64,000 bases of DNA from an uncultured virus (IMG/VR IMGVR_UViG_3300028048_001320) (Duplodnaviria > Heunggongvirae > Uroviricota > Caudoviricetes): the IMG/VR virus record IMGVR_UViG_3300028048_001320, one strand, 5' to 3'. Below are positions 50,447 through 60,401 of the stretch, in pieces (within the stretch, counting starts at the first letter, position 1; each line of letters begins with the position of its first letter). Under the pieces are notes generated by a model. It searched no databases, was not told the origin of the DNA, and worked only from the letters and a program-made list of their open reading frames with translations. Made by a program: the position numbers and the translations under genes.

Positions 50447-50896
50447 TCAAGCAAGATTTTTAAGTTCTTTTAAAATATTTTTGTTTGCATCTATTGTTGC
50501 GCCTAATCTCCAACCTTTTCTAACCATTTCGTTATCGTCAACCAAAACCTGAAAACCGCCATTTTTTCTTGTACAATTAGCTTTTGTAGTTCCATACTTT
50601 ACAAGGTGAATTTCATCATAAGGGAAACGATATTTTTCAAGCCATTCAAGTTTAGCTTTTCGTGTCCTATCGTTGTATTCTTTTGTACCATTCTTTGCAA
50701 GCCATGTTGTAACCGCAATTTTCCAACCATTCTTTTTAAGATTTACAAGGATGTTTGCAAGTTCAACCATATCATACAATGGTTCAGCAATTTCATAAGG
50801 TGTAGTATCTTCATTTTCAAGATAAGCAAGCCAACCATCAACACCATAGAAGTTAGCTATTGTACCATCCATATCAAATACGAGTGTTCTGTTCAT
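50447..50896 (-). CDS. HAD 5'-nucleotidase-like protein
   Basis: VFDMDGTIA, KLEWL, LVDDN; start at MNRTL. Confidence 0.8.
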   Translation of the reverse strand: MNRTLVFDMDGTIANFYGVDGWLAYLENEDTTPYEIAEPLYDMVELANILVNLKKNGWKIAVTTWLAKNGTKEYNDRTRKAKLEWLEKYRFPYDEIHLVKYGTTKANCTRKNGGFQVLVDDNEMVRKGWRLGATIDANKNILKELKNLA

Positions 50897-51175
50897 TTTA
50901 TTTACCTCTCTTTCACTTACTATAGTTATTATACTACTATCATTTGAAAAATGCAATAGGTAAAAATGCACAAAATTATAGGCGCGCGGTTGTGCAAAAT
51001 GACGGCGCGCCCGGGCAAAAAATTGAAGAGCCTTACGGCTCTTCCTCGTCTTCGATATAAATAGTATGGTCAGTCTTTTTAAACATTTCGTCAGCTTTTT
51101 TACAAGCTTCATCTTCACTATTTGCAATTATTTCATAAGTTTCTACACATTCAACTATAATCGTATATTTTTTCA

Positions 51176-51382
51176 TTATTCATCATCCTCCTCTTCATCA
51201 TCTTCATCTTCATAATCATATTCAATGAAGTAATGTGGAAATTCACAATTAGTAAGGGCATTTAAAATTTCTGTGCTGTAAACATGATTTCTATCAAATT
51301 CTTCAGCGCTATCACATTCAATTTCAATAGTCTCTGGTTCACATCCGCAATAGGTAGTTCCAATAGTTACTTTTACTTTCAT
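51176..51382 (-). CDS. Small acidic protein
   Basis: RBS and promoter. Confidence 0.55.
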   Translation of the reverse strand: MKVKVTIGTTYCGCEPETIEIECDSAEEFDRNHVYSTEILNALTNCEFPHYFIEYDYEDEDDEEEDDE

Positions 51383-51437
51383 TTCATTACCTCTCTTTCA
51401 TTTGATACATTTATTATATCACTTTTGCGGTTGTTTG

Positions 51438-51686
51438 TCAACCGCAATATAGTAAAATAATAAAATAAATATTGAGTGCCACACTTGCAAGGTGCATTAC
51501 AAGTCCGTTAATATGTCTATCAATCTTTAAATCTTTAACTACTCCAATAAGCGCAACCGCAAGACCGAACCACGCAATAGACAGACCAAAAATCATAATA
51601 AGGATAACATTAATTACTGTAATAAATGCGCGAAGGTCGTTGTATTCAAATTTATATGGTGTCTCAATTCTGAAAAATTCTTTCAT
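51438..51686 (-). CDS. Small membrane protein
   Basis: Hydrophobic helices. Confidence 0.55.
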   Translation of the reverse strand: MKEFFRIETPYKFEYNDLRAFITVINVILIMIFGLSIAWFGLAVALIGVVKDLKIDRHINGLVMHLASVALNIYFIILLYCG

Positions 51687-52093
51687 GCATCTTCTCCTTC
51701 CTATACTTCCGAAACTTCATATACTGTAATTTTTATACCAACTTTTTTAAACTGTTTTTTAAGTGTTTTAATAGCTTTTCGTTTCGACTTTGCTTGAACA
51801 TCTAAACATCCGCCCATGAATCCACCATTAAAGCTAATTCTATATGTTTTCATCTGTCCTCTCCTTTCTTTACTGTAAATACATTATATCATAGCAATAG
51901 AAGAGAATCAAGCAGGAATATTGCACAAATTTTAGGATAAATTTTTGTGCAACATTTTCAAAAAAGTGCTTGACAAAAACTTTGAGTAGTGGTATAATAG
52001 AATTTCGGAACATTTGCGCAAGGGACGCGCGCAAATGTTCCGCCAAATCAAAAAGGAGTGGCTTTCGCCACCCCTCTTCTTTTTTGATTCAGA

Positions 52094-52468
52094 TTACTCT
52101 GCATCTGTAGGTGCGTCATAAGGTTCAGCACCCTCGACACCTACATACTTTGGAGCGTCCTTAGACTTCTCGCCCTTAATCTTTTCAGCCTTGCCATCCT
52201 TTACGATAGCAGTAAGGAGAGAAGCGACCTTGTTTGTGGTCTGACCAACCTCGTCCGCAATTTCCTTTGCGGTTCTTGCCTTACCATCAGCAACTACTGC
52301 AAGAATCTCGTTCTTGACACCGATGTTAGCAACTACTGCCTTAGATGGCTTTCCAGTTGGCTTTCTGTTGAGCGACTTGAGAATCTTATCAAGAACCTCA
52401 ACCTCTTCATCTGTCCAAACATCAGCAATATTCAGAGCCTTTGTGATAACTTCCTTACGTGTAGCCAT
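52094..52468 (-). CDS. Winged-HTH protein (paralog of 55411-55725)
   Basis: TAKEIADEVGQTTNKVASLL, GEKSKDAPKY. Confidence 0.7.
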   Translation of the reverse strand: MATRKEVITKALNIADVWTDEEVEVLDKILKSLNRKPTGKPSKAVVANIGVKNEILAVVADGKARTAKEIADEVGQTTNKVASLLTAIVKDGKAEKIKGEKSKDAPKYVGVEGAEPYDAPTDAE

Positions 52469-52694
52469 AATTAACACCTCTTTCTTTCTTTATCTTTGTT
52501 TATCTTACATATTTATTATATCATTTTTTTATTTAGTTGTCAAGTATTTTTTTTATTTTTTTTGAAGTGGTTTGCAGTGGGTTTTCTCTTAATACCTTGC
52601 AAGGATTTTTGATTAGAGGAGTTTTCCTCACCGTCTTTCAAAACCATTTCTTATCTCTTTTGTAATTTAATTATATCATTTTTTTATTTATTTG

Positions 52695-52937
52695 TCAATA
52701 GTTTTTTTGAATTTCTGAAAATTTTTTTCTGTAGTCATCATACCAACTTACATCTTCATACTTAACTCCGCAAGTCTGAATAAACTGCACAACAGCTAAA
52801 CAATACTTCAACCCTGTTTTAACTATAGAATCATCGTGGTAAAAGTAACTTCCTTTTCTATTGTAAAGCATTTTAGTATCACGATATTCCTCTTCACAAT
52901 ACTCTTTAGCTTTTTCTACTAATTCTTCTGTAGTCAC
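52695..52937 (-). CDS. Hypothetical protein
   Basis: GAGGTGAG RBS, GTG start. Confidence 0.55.
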   Translation of the reverse strand: MTTEELVEKAKEYCEEEYRDTKMLYNRKGSYFYHDDSIVKTGLKYCLAVVQFIQTCGVKYEDVSWYDDYRKKFSEIQKNY

Positions 52938-53109
52938 TGTCTCACCTCACTTTCTATAGTAATTATAGCAAAATTTTCTTTGTGCGTCAAGTACAAATTT
53001 GGGAATTATTTTTGTGCAAAATTTTTTCATTTTTTACTTGACAAAATTTGCGGCGGGTGGTATAATGGAAATTTGGGGTTTTCGCGCGCGAAAACCCGCC
53101 GCCAAAAAG

Positions 53110-53340
53110 AAAAAGAAGAACCTTTTGAGGTTCTTCTTCTCCCGACTGCGCAATATCTAACATTTTCGGTTTTCTTCTTTGTCGTAATAACCTGTGGGTG
53201 CTCCCCTGTCTTAAACAACGCCAATCATACATTTATTGAGTTCTTGCTGAACCAGAGTGAACATTGGTCTTCTCTAAAGTCGGCTAGAGTCCCAACCTAC
53301 TAGCAAGGGAGTTTTAATGACTTTGCTTTGTCATTTGATA
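53110..53340 (-). ncRNA. Candidate structured small RNA
   Basis: Promoter-like TTGACA at 53375-53370; CTCCCCT/AGGGGAG and CTTGCT/AGCAAG pairings; ends at GAAGAACCT/AGGTTCTTC terminator. Confidence 0.4.
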
Positions 53341-53363
53341 TATCTATTATACCACGAGGTTGA

Positions 53364-53858
53364 CTAATTGTCAACCTCGATTTCATTTTTTTCATAAATT
53401 TCTAAAATCTTTGGCTGAATCTTATTCCAAAATTTAGCTATCTTTTTAGGGTGCGCGGTCATGTAATCGCCCGCCCATCTCGTTGCAAAGAATTCATTCG
53501 GTATTGAATAGTACCAATAGCTTTTATCTTTTGTATTTTCAATCTCGGTCATTCTTTCGAGTTCGGCATCAAATCTTTCTTGCTCTTCTTCCGACCACAT
53601 TTCATCCGTCATACAATGTCCGATTTCATGAAGTAAGCACCAAAGAAAATAATCAGCTTTAATATCGGGATACCTTGTAGAAACATCTTCAAGGAACGTT
53701 TCGGCATCTTGTGAACAAACTACTAAAGTATATCCTATCTTAAATTCATCACACCATGCGCAAAAATCTTCATTCAATACTGTTTTGATACCAAAATTCT
53801 TCTGTGTCCATTTATTAATCTCTTTTGTAAGATTCTTTATACCTTTAAGTTTTGCCAT
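53364..53858 (-). CDS. HExxH metallopeptidase-like protein
   Basis: LLHEIGH, PNEFFATRWA. Confidence 0.7.
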   Translation of the reverse strand: MAKLKGIKNLTKEINKWTQKNFGIKTVLNEDFCAWCDEFKIGYTLVVCSQDAETFLEDVSTRYPDIKADYFLWCLLHEIGHCMTDEMWSEEEQERFDAELERMTEIENTKDKSYWYYSIPNEFFATRWAGDYMTAHPKKIAKFWNKIQPKILEIYEKNEIEVDN

Positions 53859-54009
53859 AGTTCTTATCTCCTTTACCTTTTGTAATTAAATTATAGCATA
53901 AATTGTAAAGGAAAGCAATATCAATTTTCTGTCTTTTATATCAAATTTATGCGGGCGCCCGGGCAAAAATAGAGGGGTGGCCCCTCTATCTCGACATTTT
54001 TATGCTACC

Positions 54010-55027
54010 TTATTTAATTTGAACAGTTATTGTTCCGTTTAATCTCGTTGCGTATTCTGTTTCATCAAAAGGAATTAAAGAACCAAAATCAGATTCATCA
54101 GTTATTATCAAAGCAAGTTTATCTCCATTACAATCTGCTTCATCTGTCATTAGATATATATTATCATTGTAACGAAATAACTCGCCTGGCATAATAAATT
54201 TAATTTCTTGTTCTTTTACTGGGGGTCTATCATTTATTTGTACTGTTGTCATTTTTAATTCTCCTTTTTTTCTTTTATTATAGCAAATTTTTATTTATTT
54301 GTCAAGCTTTTAATTGGGGCATTAAATCTTCTATTACGCCATTCCAGAAATCGCCATCGCTTAATATATCACTAACAGTTCCCATAGGATAGCCGTCATT
54401 TTCTAACAGTTCTCTTATTGTGTCATTAATATAATCCGCTACTGTATCAGCAATCTTTTTAGCTATATCAGCTGAATCAATTGATAATTCTATTGTTTTT
54501 GTATAACCCATTACTCTTCATCTCCTATTCTTAAAAGATATATTATGTTACAAATCAGCGCGAAAGCTTCACCGCCACTTTCCGCTATTTTATTAGGTAT
54601 AGCTTCATAAACTTCAGGTCTTAATTTTTCAATACCTGATAAAAGCATAGCGCCCCAATTTCCACCACAAGCTGTGCAATATTCAAAGAATTCTTTCATT
54701 GACATATTCACTGGATTATTAAGACAAAGCGCTATTACTTTTTCGGCATCTTCTATTGTCCAATATTCATAAAATGAATTAATAGCCTCTGAAACGCCTT
54801 TTCCTGTGTAGTTCATTTTGTTACCATCCTTTCTTACCGAGTTTTTTGGCTTTATATCTAAAATAAGCTGAAAGAATTGCTATTTTAAAATAAGATTTAG
54901 CTTTTTCTTTTATTTCATCCATTTCTTCATCATCTCTTGCAGATGGATAAAACTCCTCAAAAAGTTTATTTTCAAACTCTTTTGACATTTTAAATAAAGC
55001 TGTTTCAATTTCCTCTCTCATGTTCAT
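54010..55027 (-). other. Small early-region ORFs (54010-54252, 54302-54511, 54511-54816, 54821-55027)
   Basis: RBSs and promoters upstream. Confidence 0.55.
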
Positions 55028-55265
55028 TTCCTCTCTTTCATTTGATAAATCAATTATAGCATTAAAAGAGTAGTTTGTCAACACTTTTTTAAAATTTTTT
55101 GGTTAGAGTAGACTAACTGCGCCCGGTCAAAAAATTTTCAATTTGTCAAGTATTAATTTTAAAACAAAAACCGCATCACTTTTACATGATGCGGTTTCGG
55201 GTGTCCTCTCTACTCGTGGCAGAGGGACAAAGGAAAGGAGGGTTTTCGGTTTTCATCTCATTGAG

Positions 55266-55361
55266 TGGAGCGAGTAGGAGTCGAACCTACATCCCAAGTA
55301 ACTGACGAACCCTTTATTATTTATCGTCAGGACTTTTCTTTTCCAATTAAGCTATCGCCCC
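55266..55361 (-). ncRNA. tRNA-Ala-like RNA (G3:U70) with elongated anticodon arm
   Basis: GGGGCGA/TCGCTCC-A acceptor, GTAGG-TTCGACT-CCTAC T-arm, arm AAGT-C-CTGACGA-[15 nt]-TCGTCAG-TT-ACTT. Confidence 0.72.
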
Positions 55362-55410
55362 TTATTATTTCCACCCCCTACCCCATTGGATAGGGGGAGC
55401 AACATTTAGA

Positions 55411-55725
55411 CTACTCGGCTATGCGATACTTTGGAGCATCCTTTGCCTTTTCGCCCGCAACCTTCTCAACAGGCATCTGTCTGAGAAGAGCCGCAACCTT
55501 ATTTGTTGTCTGACCAACTGCATCAGCGATTTCCTTTGCAGTAAGTTCCTTACCAGCAAGGACTTCCGCAATCTCGTCCTTAATGCCTTCATTAGCAATC
55601 TGTGCCTTTGTTGGCTTTGTATTGCGCTTGTCAAGACCCTTAAGCATCTCTGCGCCCTTTGCCTTGAACTCTTCTGTAGCACCTTCAAACTCAATTGCCA
55701 TTTCAATAAACTCACGCTTTGTCAT
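55411..55725 (-). CDS. Winged-HTH protein (paralog of 52094-52468)
   Basis: TAKEIADAVGQTTNKVAALL, GEKAKDAPKY. Confidence 0.7.
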   Translation of the reverse strand: MTKREFIEMAIEFEGATEEFKAKGAEMLKGLDKRNTKPTKAQIANEGIKDEIAEVLAGKELTAKEIADAVGQTTNKVAALLRQMPVEKVAGEKAKDAPKYRIAE

Positions 55726-56413
55726 AATTAACACCTTTTTCTTAATTCTTTATTTATCTTACATATACATTATAACATTTTATTTTTGCTTTGTCAAGCA
55801 TTTTTTTATTTTTTTTGAAAGTTTGTGGAAACGTTCTTTCTGTTCTACTCCAAAACCACTGATTATAATATGTACACTTTTATAATCTTGTATAGGGCTT
55901 TAATCCTAAATCCGTTTTTTATTTAACTTTCTATATTTATTATAACAAATTTTTAAGTGTTTGTCAAGAGGTTTTTTTGAAATTTTTAAAATTTCTTCTA
56001 TCCTTGTCTTTCGGTTATGTGGCGCGCTTCACAGTTGCCTACCTCACTTCTCCCCTTGACAAATACATTATAGCATAATGGGAAAGGATTGTCAAGACCC
56101 TTTTTAAAAGATTATTTCAACCCTTTGCGCACCTTGACCTCCTTACTACACCTGACGGGGTTTTGGAGCAGGTTTTATGAGCCTTTCCTCATTTGCTAAA
56201 TATATTATAACAAATTTTTATTTATAAGTCAAGCACAAAATTTTGGGAAATCTTTGTGCAAATTGCACAAAAGAAAATACTTGACAAAAATCTCGCAGTA
56301 TGGTATAATGTTGAATTCGGCGCTCACACGGGCCCTGAGGCACGTGCTCGCGCCGACAAAAATAAAAAGAGCCTTTCGGCTCTTTTTACTACCAAGGGAA
56401 CCATCCAATTTTT

Positions 56414-57725
56414 TTACTCATCGTCCTCTTCATCTCCTTTATGACTCATGTAAATCGGAATGCGTCTTCCGCCGTTTGCTTCTTTCCATTCTTCCATTAT
56501 TTCAGCCATCTTTTCAATAGCATAGGTGCTACTTCTGTCAAGTTCTTCTTCTGTAGGGGCTAATGGATTCTTTGCGGACAGCATAACCGCCATCATAGTT
56601 AAACCTTCAATAAGTTCATGGAGTAATTCTTCAGGCATTCTACTTCACCGCCTTTCTTGCCTTACGTCTTGCCTTTATGAGGGCGTTAACTGCATCTTTC
56701 TTATAGTCTTCTTCTATTGGAATGTAAACTACTTTCTCGATTCCACACTCTTTAGCATGATTATAATTTGTAATAACCTTACCGCTCTTAATCTGATAAC
56801 CTACAACGTTCATATTTGTTTCCTCTCTTTCATTTTTTGTAATTATATTATATCACACATTTTGTTACTTGTCAAACATTTTTTACTACTAAAACTTTTT
56901 CATTTAAACCATCATTACTTGCTATTTCCATTTCAAATGTGTTTTCAAAAACTTTACCAAGTTTCATGTAGTTTATTTGGGGGCTGTTATCCATCATTTC
57001 AAAGAACAGCCTTGCGCTCATAAATACATTATTGTTAGCTTTTAACCAATTCTTAATTTCCCAAGTATACATAGACTGTTCTCCTTTCTTTTGATGGTTT
57101 AATTATATCACATTTTATTAGGGGTGTCAAGCATTTTTTTGTCGGCCCGGGCAAAAATTAGGGCGGTGTCCGCCCTAATCATTATAAATCTCATCTTCCC
57201 ACGAGTCTTCATCATCCTCTTCTTCCTCGCCAAAAACTTTCTTCTGGCAAGTATCACAAAGACCTGATACGAGGTATTCTCTCTCAGTAGGGGAGAGTGT
57301 AGGGAATGCGTTCTGAATAAGTGAACCCATTCTATACTCATAGTATCCCTCGGCAGGTACTTCAAATGTATACTCCTTACCGCAGAATGGACACTGCTTT
57401 GCTATTGTTATTACATCCTTATTTCCAGCTATCATCATTTTTGATTCCTCTCTTTCATTTGATAAATCTATTATATCACGGTTATAGTTATTTGTCAAGG
57501 GTTTTATTCTACCCAATCATCATAAATTGTAATTTCTATTTCAGCTTTGCTCAAGCTCTTTTTATCATCTTCTGAAAAACCATCCCAGTCTTTTACAAGG
57601 AGTCCTTTATAAGGGTTTCGTGCAATAATAACATTTGTGTAAATCTTTAAAACATCCTCAATAGTATTTATTTCCTTAAACTCTTTATAAGTCCAATCAC
57701 TTGCTTTAGTAATGTATGCTAACAT
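56414..57725 (-). other. Small early-region ORFs (56414-56638, 56872-57072, 57175-57438 Zn-ribbon, 57504-57725)
   Basis: RBS/promoters; CPFC..CDTC in 57175-57438. Confidence 0.55.
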
Positions 57726-57881
57726 TTTTATTTCCTCTCTTTCATCTTTTGTAATTTTATTATACTATATTTTTATTAATTTGTCAACTACTTTTTTTGC
57801 GCCCGGGCGAAAAGAAAAAGAGCGCCCTATGTCTAGGACGCTCTAAAGGAAAGGAGGATTTTCAAATTTTATCTGTTTTAA

Positions 57882-57953
57882 TGCGCCCGACGGGATTCGA
57901 ACCCGTACCTTACGGATTAAAAGTCCGCTATTCTACCATTATACTACGGGCGC
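57882..57953 (-). tRNA. tRNA-Lys(TTT), isolated from the main cluster
   Basis: GCGGA-CTTTTAA-TCCGT; GGTTCGAATCC. Confidence 0.93.
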
Positions 57954-58484
57954 TTATGTCAAAGCTTGACGATGTTCCCATCTTTGTCAAGCCCGTAACC
58001 GCTATGTGACTTTAAAAAATTTATCTTACTCTGTCTACGTCTATGATATACCATATCCATATAATCAGTAATACTTACTACTATTGCGCCTATACTTAAC
58101 CAACCAAGCATTAGTAAAAGAATTATTATTTCTGCCATATCCTCTTTCCTCACTTTCATTTTCTATATATATTATAGCAAATTTTTTATTATTTGTCAAC
58201 TACTTTTTTAATGAGACATTTAAAAAATATTTTTGGAGTATTTAAAAGTGCAAGATTGAAACACATTTCAATTTCATAAGCTATATCTTCTTTCATATAT
58301 GAAGTAGGAAATTTTGGCTCTTTGCCAAAATGATAATAAATTACTTTTTTAGTTGTATGTGTTTCAAGTTCTGTAACATACCATATTGTTTTATACATAC
58401 TTTTTTACCTCTTTCCTTTTGATATATCTATTATATAATATTTTTTATCATATGTCAATAGTTTTTTATAACTTGCAAGGATTT

Positions 58485-58937
58485 TTACATCCTTGCAAGT
58501 GTCTTTTCATTTGTGAAAGTTGCTTTTTCATACTTTATTTGATAACCAACTGCATCAACTGTGAGGTCAGCGCCTATATTGAAAGGAACGTTGTCTTTTG
58601 ACCATTCCTGACCTACCTTTTCGGTCATCATCTTTTCAAAAACTTCGCCTTTGTTGTACTTGCTATTTTCAACTTCAGCATCGAAGAAAAGTTTCGAGCA
58701 AACAACCTCAGCGCCTTTGCTTATAAGGCTAAGTTTCTGTGCATTTGTAGGACAGAAGCGGAGCGCCATGCCTGCGCCACGACTTGCCTTGTCAAGCTTT
58801 AAGATATACGGAAGCACTTCATTAGTAGTTTTTACCGCATATACAGTACCCTTATAAGTAAAACCAAAAATGTAATTGTGTGTGTATGCAAGTTCGTTAT
58901 AGCGGTTAATCATAGTTTCAAATAAGTTAGTATTCAT
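58485..58937 (-). CDS. Hypothetical phage protein, possibly PD-(D/E)XK-like
   Basis: NKGEVFE...ADL...YQIK. Confidence 0.55.
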   Translation of the reverse strand: MNTNLFETMINRYNELAYTHNYIFGFTYKGTVYAVKTTNEVLPYILKLDKASRGAGMALRFCPTNAQKLSLISKGAEVVCSKLFFDAEVENSKYNKGEVFEKMMTEKVGQEWSKDNVPFNIGADLTVDAVGYQIKYEKATFTNEKTLARM

Positions 58938-59184
58938 AATGTTACCTCTCTTTCCTTACCTTATGTCTATACTATACACCTTTTAAGTGCGGAAGTCAAG
59001 AAAAAAATGCACAAAATTAACGCGTCCGGTTTGTGCAATATTGACAAAATTAATTAGTTATTATCTTTTTGATTATTTGTGCAAAACAGAGAATTTTAGG
59101 ATAAAAAATTTTTAAAATTTGTACAATTTTACTATTGACAAAAGGTGGAGCGGTGTGGTATAATTTTGTTCGGCACTAATTCGA

Positions 59185-59325
59185 GTTAAACGTCTCTAAC
59201 GACAGTTAGATATGTCTAATTTTTAAAATTGTCTCATAAAAATGAAAAAGTTAGACACCTCTAACTAATATTAGGCATGGCTAACCTGAGTTAGAGACCT
59301 CTAACCGCAGTTAAAAATCTCTAAC
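59185..59325. repeat. Array of six 16-bp palindromes GTTAG-N6-CTAAC (20-bp phasing)
   Basis: Units start at 59185, 59205, 59250, 59270, 59290, 59310. Confidence 0.85.
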
Positions 59326-59392
59326 CAACCTCTAATATGAATCCCGGCTGGTTCGCGTGGGCAAGTGGGCGCGAACCAGCCGACCAAACAAA

Positions 59393-59720
59393 AAAAGAGC
59401 AGAGGCTTTTTTGCTTGCTCTTTTTATTAGGGTAGCCTTAGTCCGTTCGCACTTTAAACCCTCGTGCGTCTAGCGTACTATTTATATAGCGGGTGGTAGG
59501 TCTTTGGTGGTGGCTCTGTTCCACGCTCGAATTTACAGTCTTACTACTCCAACTTGTGGGTTCGCCCATCGTCACTTCGCCTTACTAAAATCTTCTTGAC
59601 TCTCCATCACATTCTCTCTTAGGTCTGACAAGAAGAAGAGCATTTAGTAATCGGTGCGTTAGGGTGTTTGCATTCCTACTCTGCTAAGGTTCGCTTACCG
59701 CATCCCCGCTCTTTATTATG
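59393..59720 (-). ncRNA. About 320-nt structured RNA with own promoter and terminator
   Basis: TTGACA-N17-TATAAT at 59754-59726; no ORF; AGCGGG/CCCGCT, CCTTAG/CTAAGG, TTACTAAA/TTTAGTAA, TCTTCTTG/CAAGAAGA; terminator at 59393-59425. Confidence 0.6.
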
Positions 59721-60092
59721 TATTTATTATAACAGATATTCTGTTATTTGTCAACTATTTTTTCAAAAGTTGCGGAATTTTTATTCCGCAACTTCGATGT
59801 AATCGCCACCGACTTCCGTTGCGATAGCTTCAGCAACCGCCTCGTTAGTCTCTACACAGAGCATCTGTCCGTTTCTATCTACTACGTAATATCTTGTCAT
59901 TTTGTTGTCCTCCCTTATCTCTTTGATGATTTAATTATACATTATAAAACCGGTTTTGTCAACAAAAATTTTACACAAAATAGGATTTTATTTTTTGTGC
60001 AATTTTTTATATTTTTTCACTTGACAATTTCCCAACCTATATGATATAATTTTTCGGCGGCAGATTGACCGCCATCGAAAATAAAAATGGGT

Positions 60093-60401
60093 TTAGCAGT
60101 AAACTAAACCCATGTCGCGCCATCTTAAAACGCTTATTTGATTGCACTCGCGCCCTATTTCCATTGCTTCGCGCTTTGTATTTACTCTCTTGCTTTTGTC
60201 GATGTAGTAAATTCCATTTTCAAGCCATACTCCACAGTCACCGCCGTAAGCTCTAATCATTTTCATGGCTTCTTTAATATCTGTAGTTTCCATACCTTCT
60301 GTTGCTACTTGCCAACCGCTTTTATAAGTAATTACTTTACCCTTCTTAAGTGTAAGACCGCCATTATTTGTTACTTTTCTAAGTGTTCTGATGTTTATCA
60401 T
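60093..60401 (-). CDS. Hypothetical phage protein
   Basis: GGLTL, GVWLENGIYYID, AMEIGRECNQISV. Confidence 0.65.
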   Translation of the reverse strand: MINIRTLRKVTNNGGLTLKKGKVITYKSGWQVATEGMETTDIKEAMKMIRAYGGDCGVWLENGIYYIDKSKRVNTKREAMEIGRECNQISVLRWRDMGLVYC

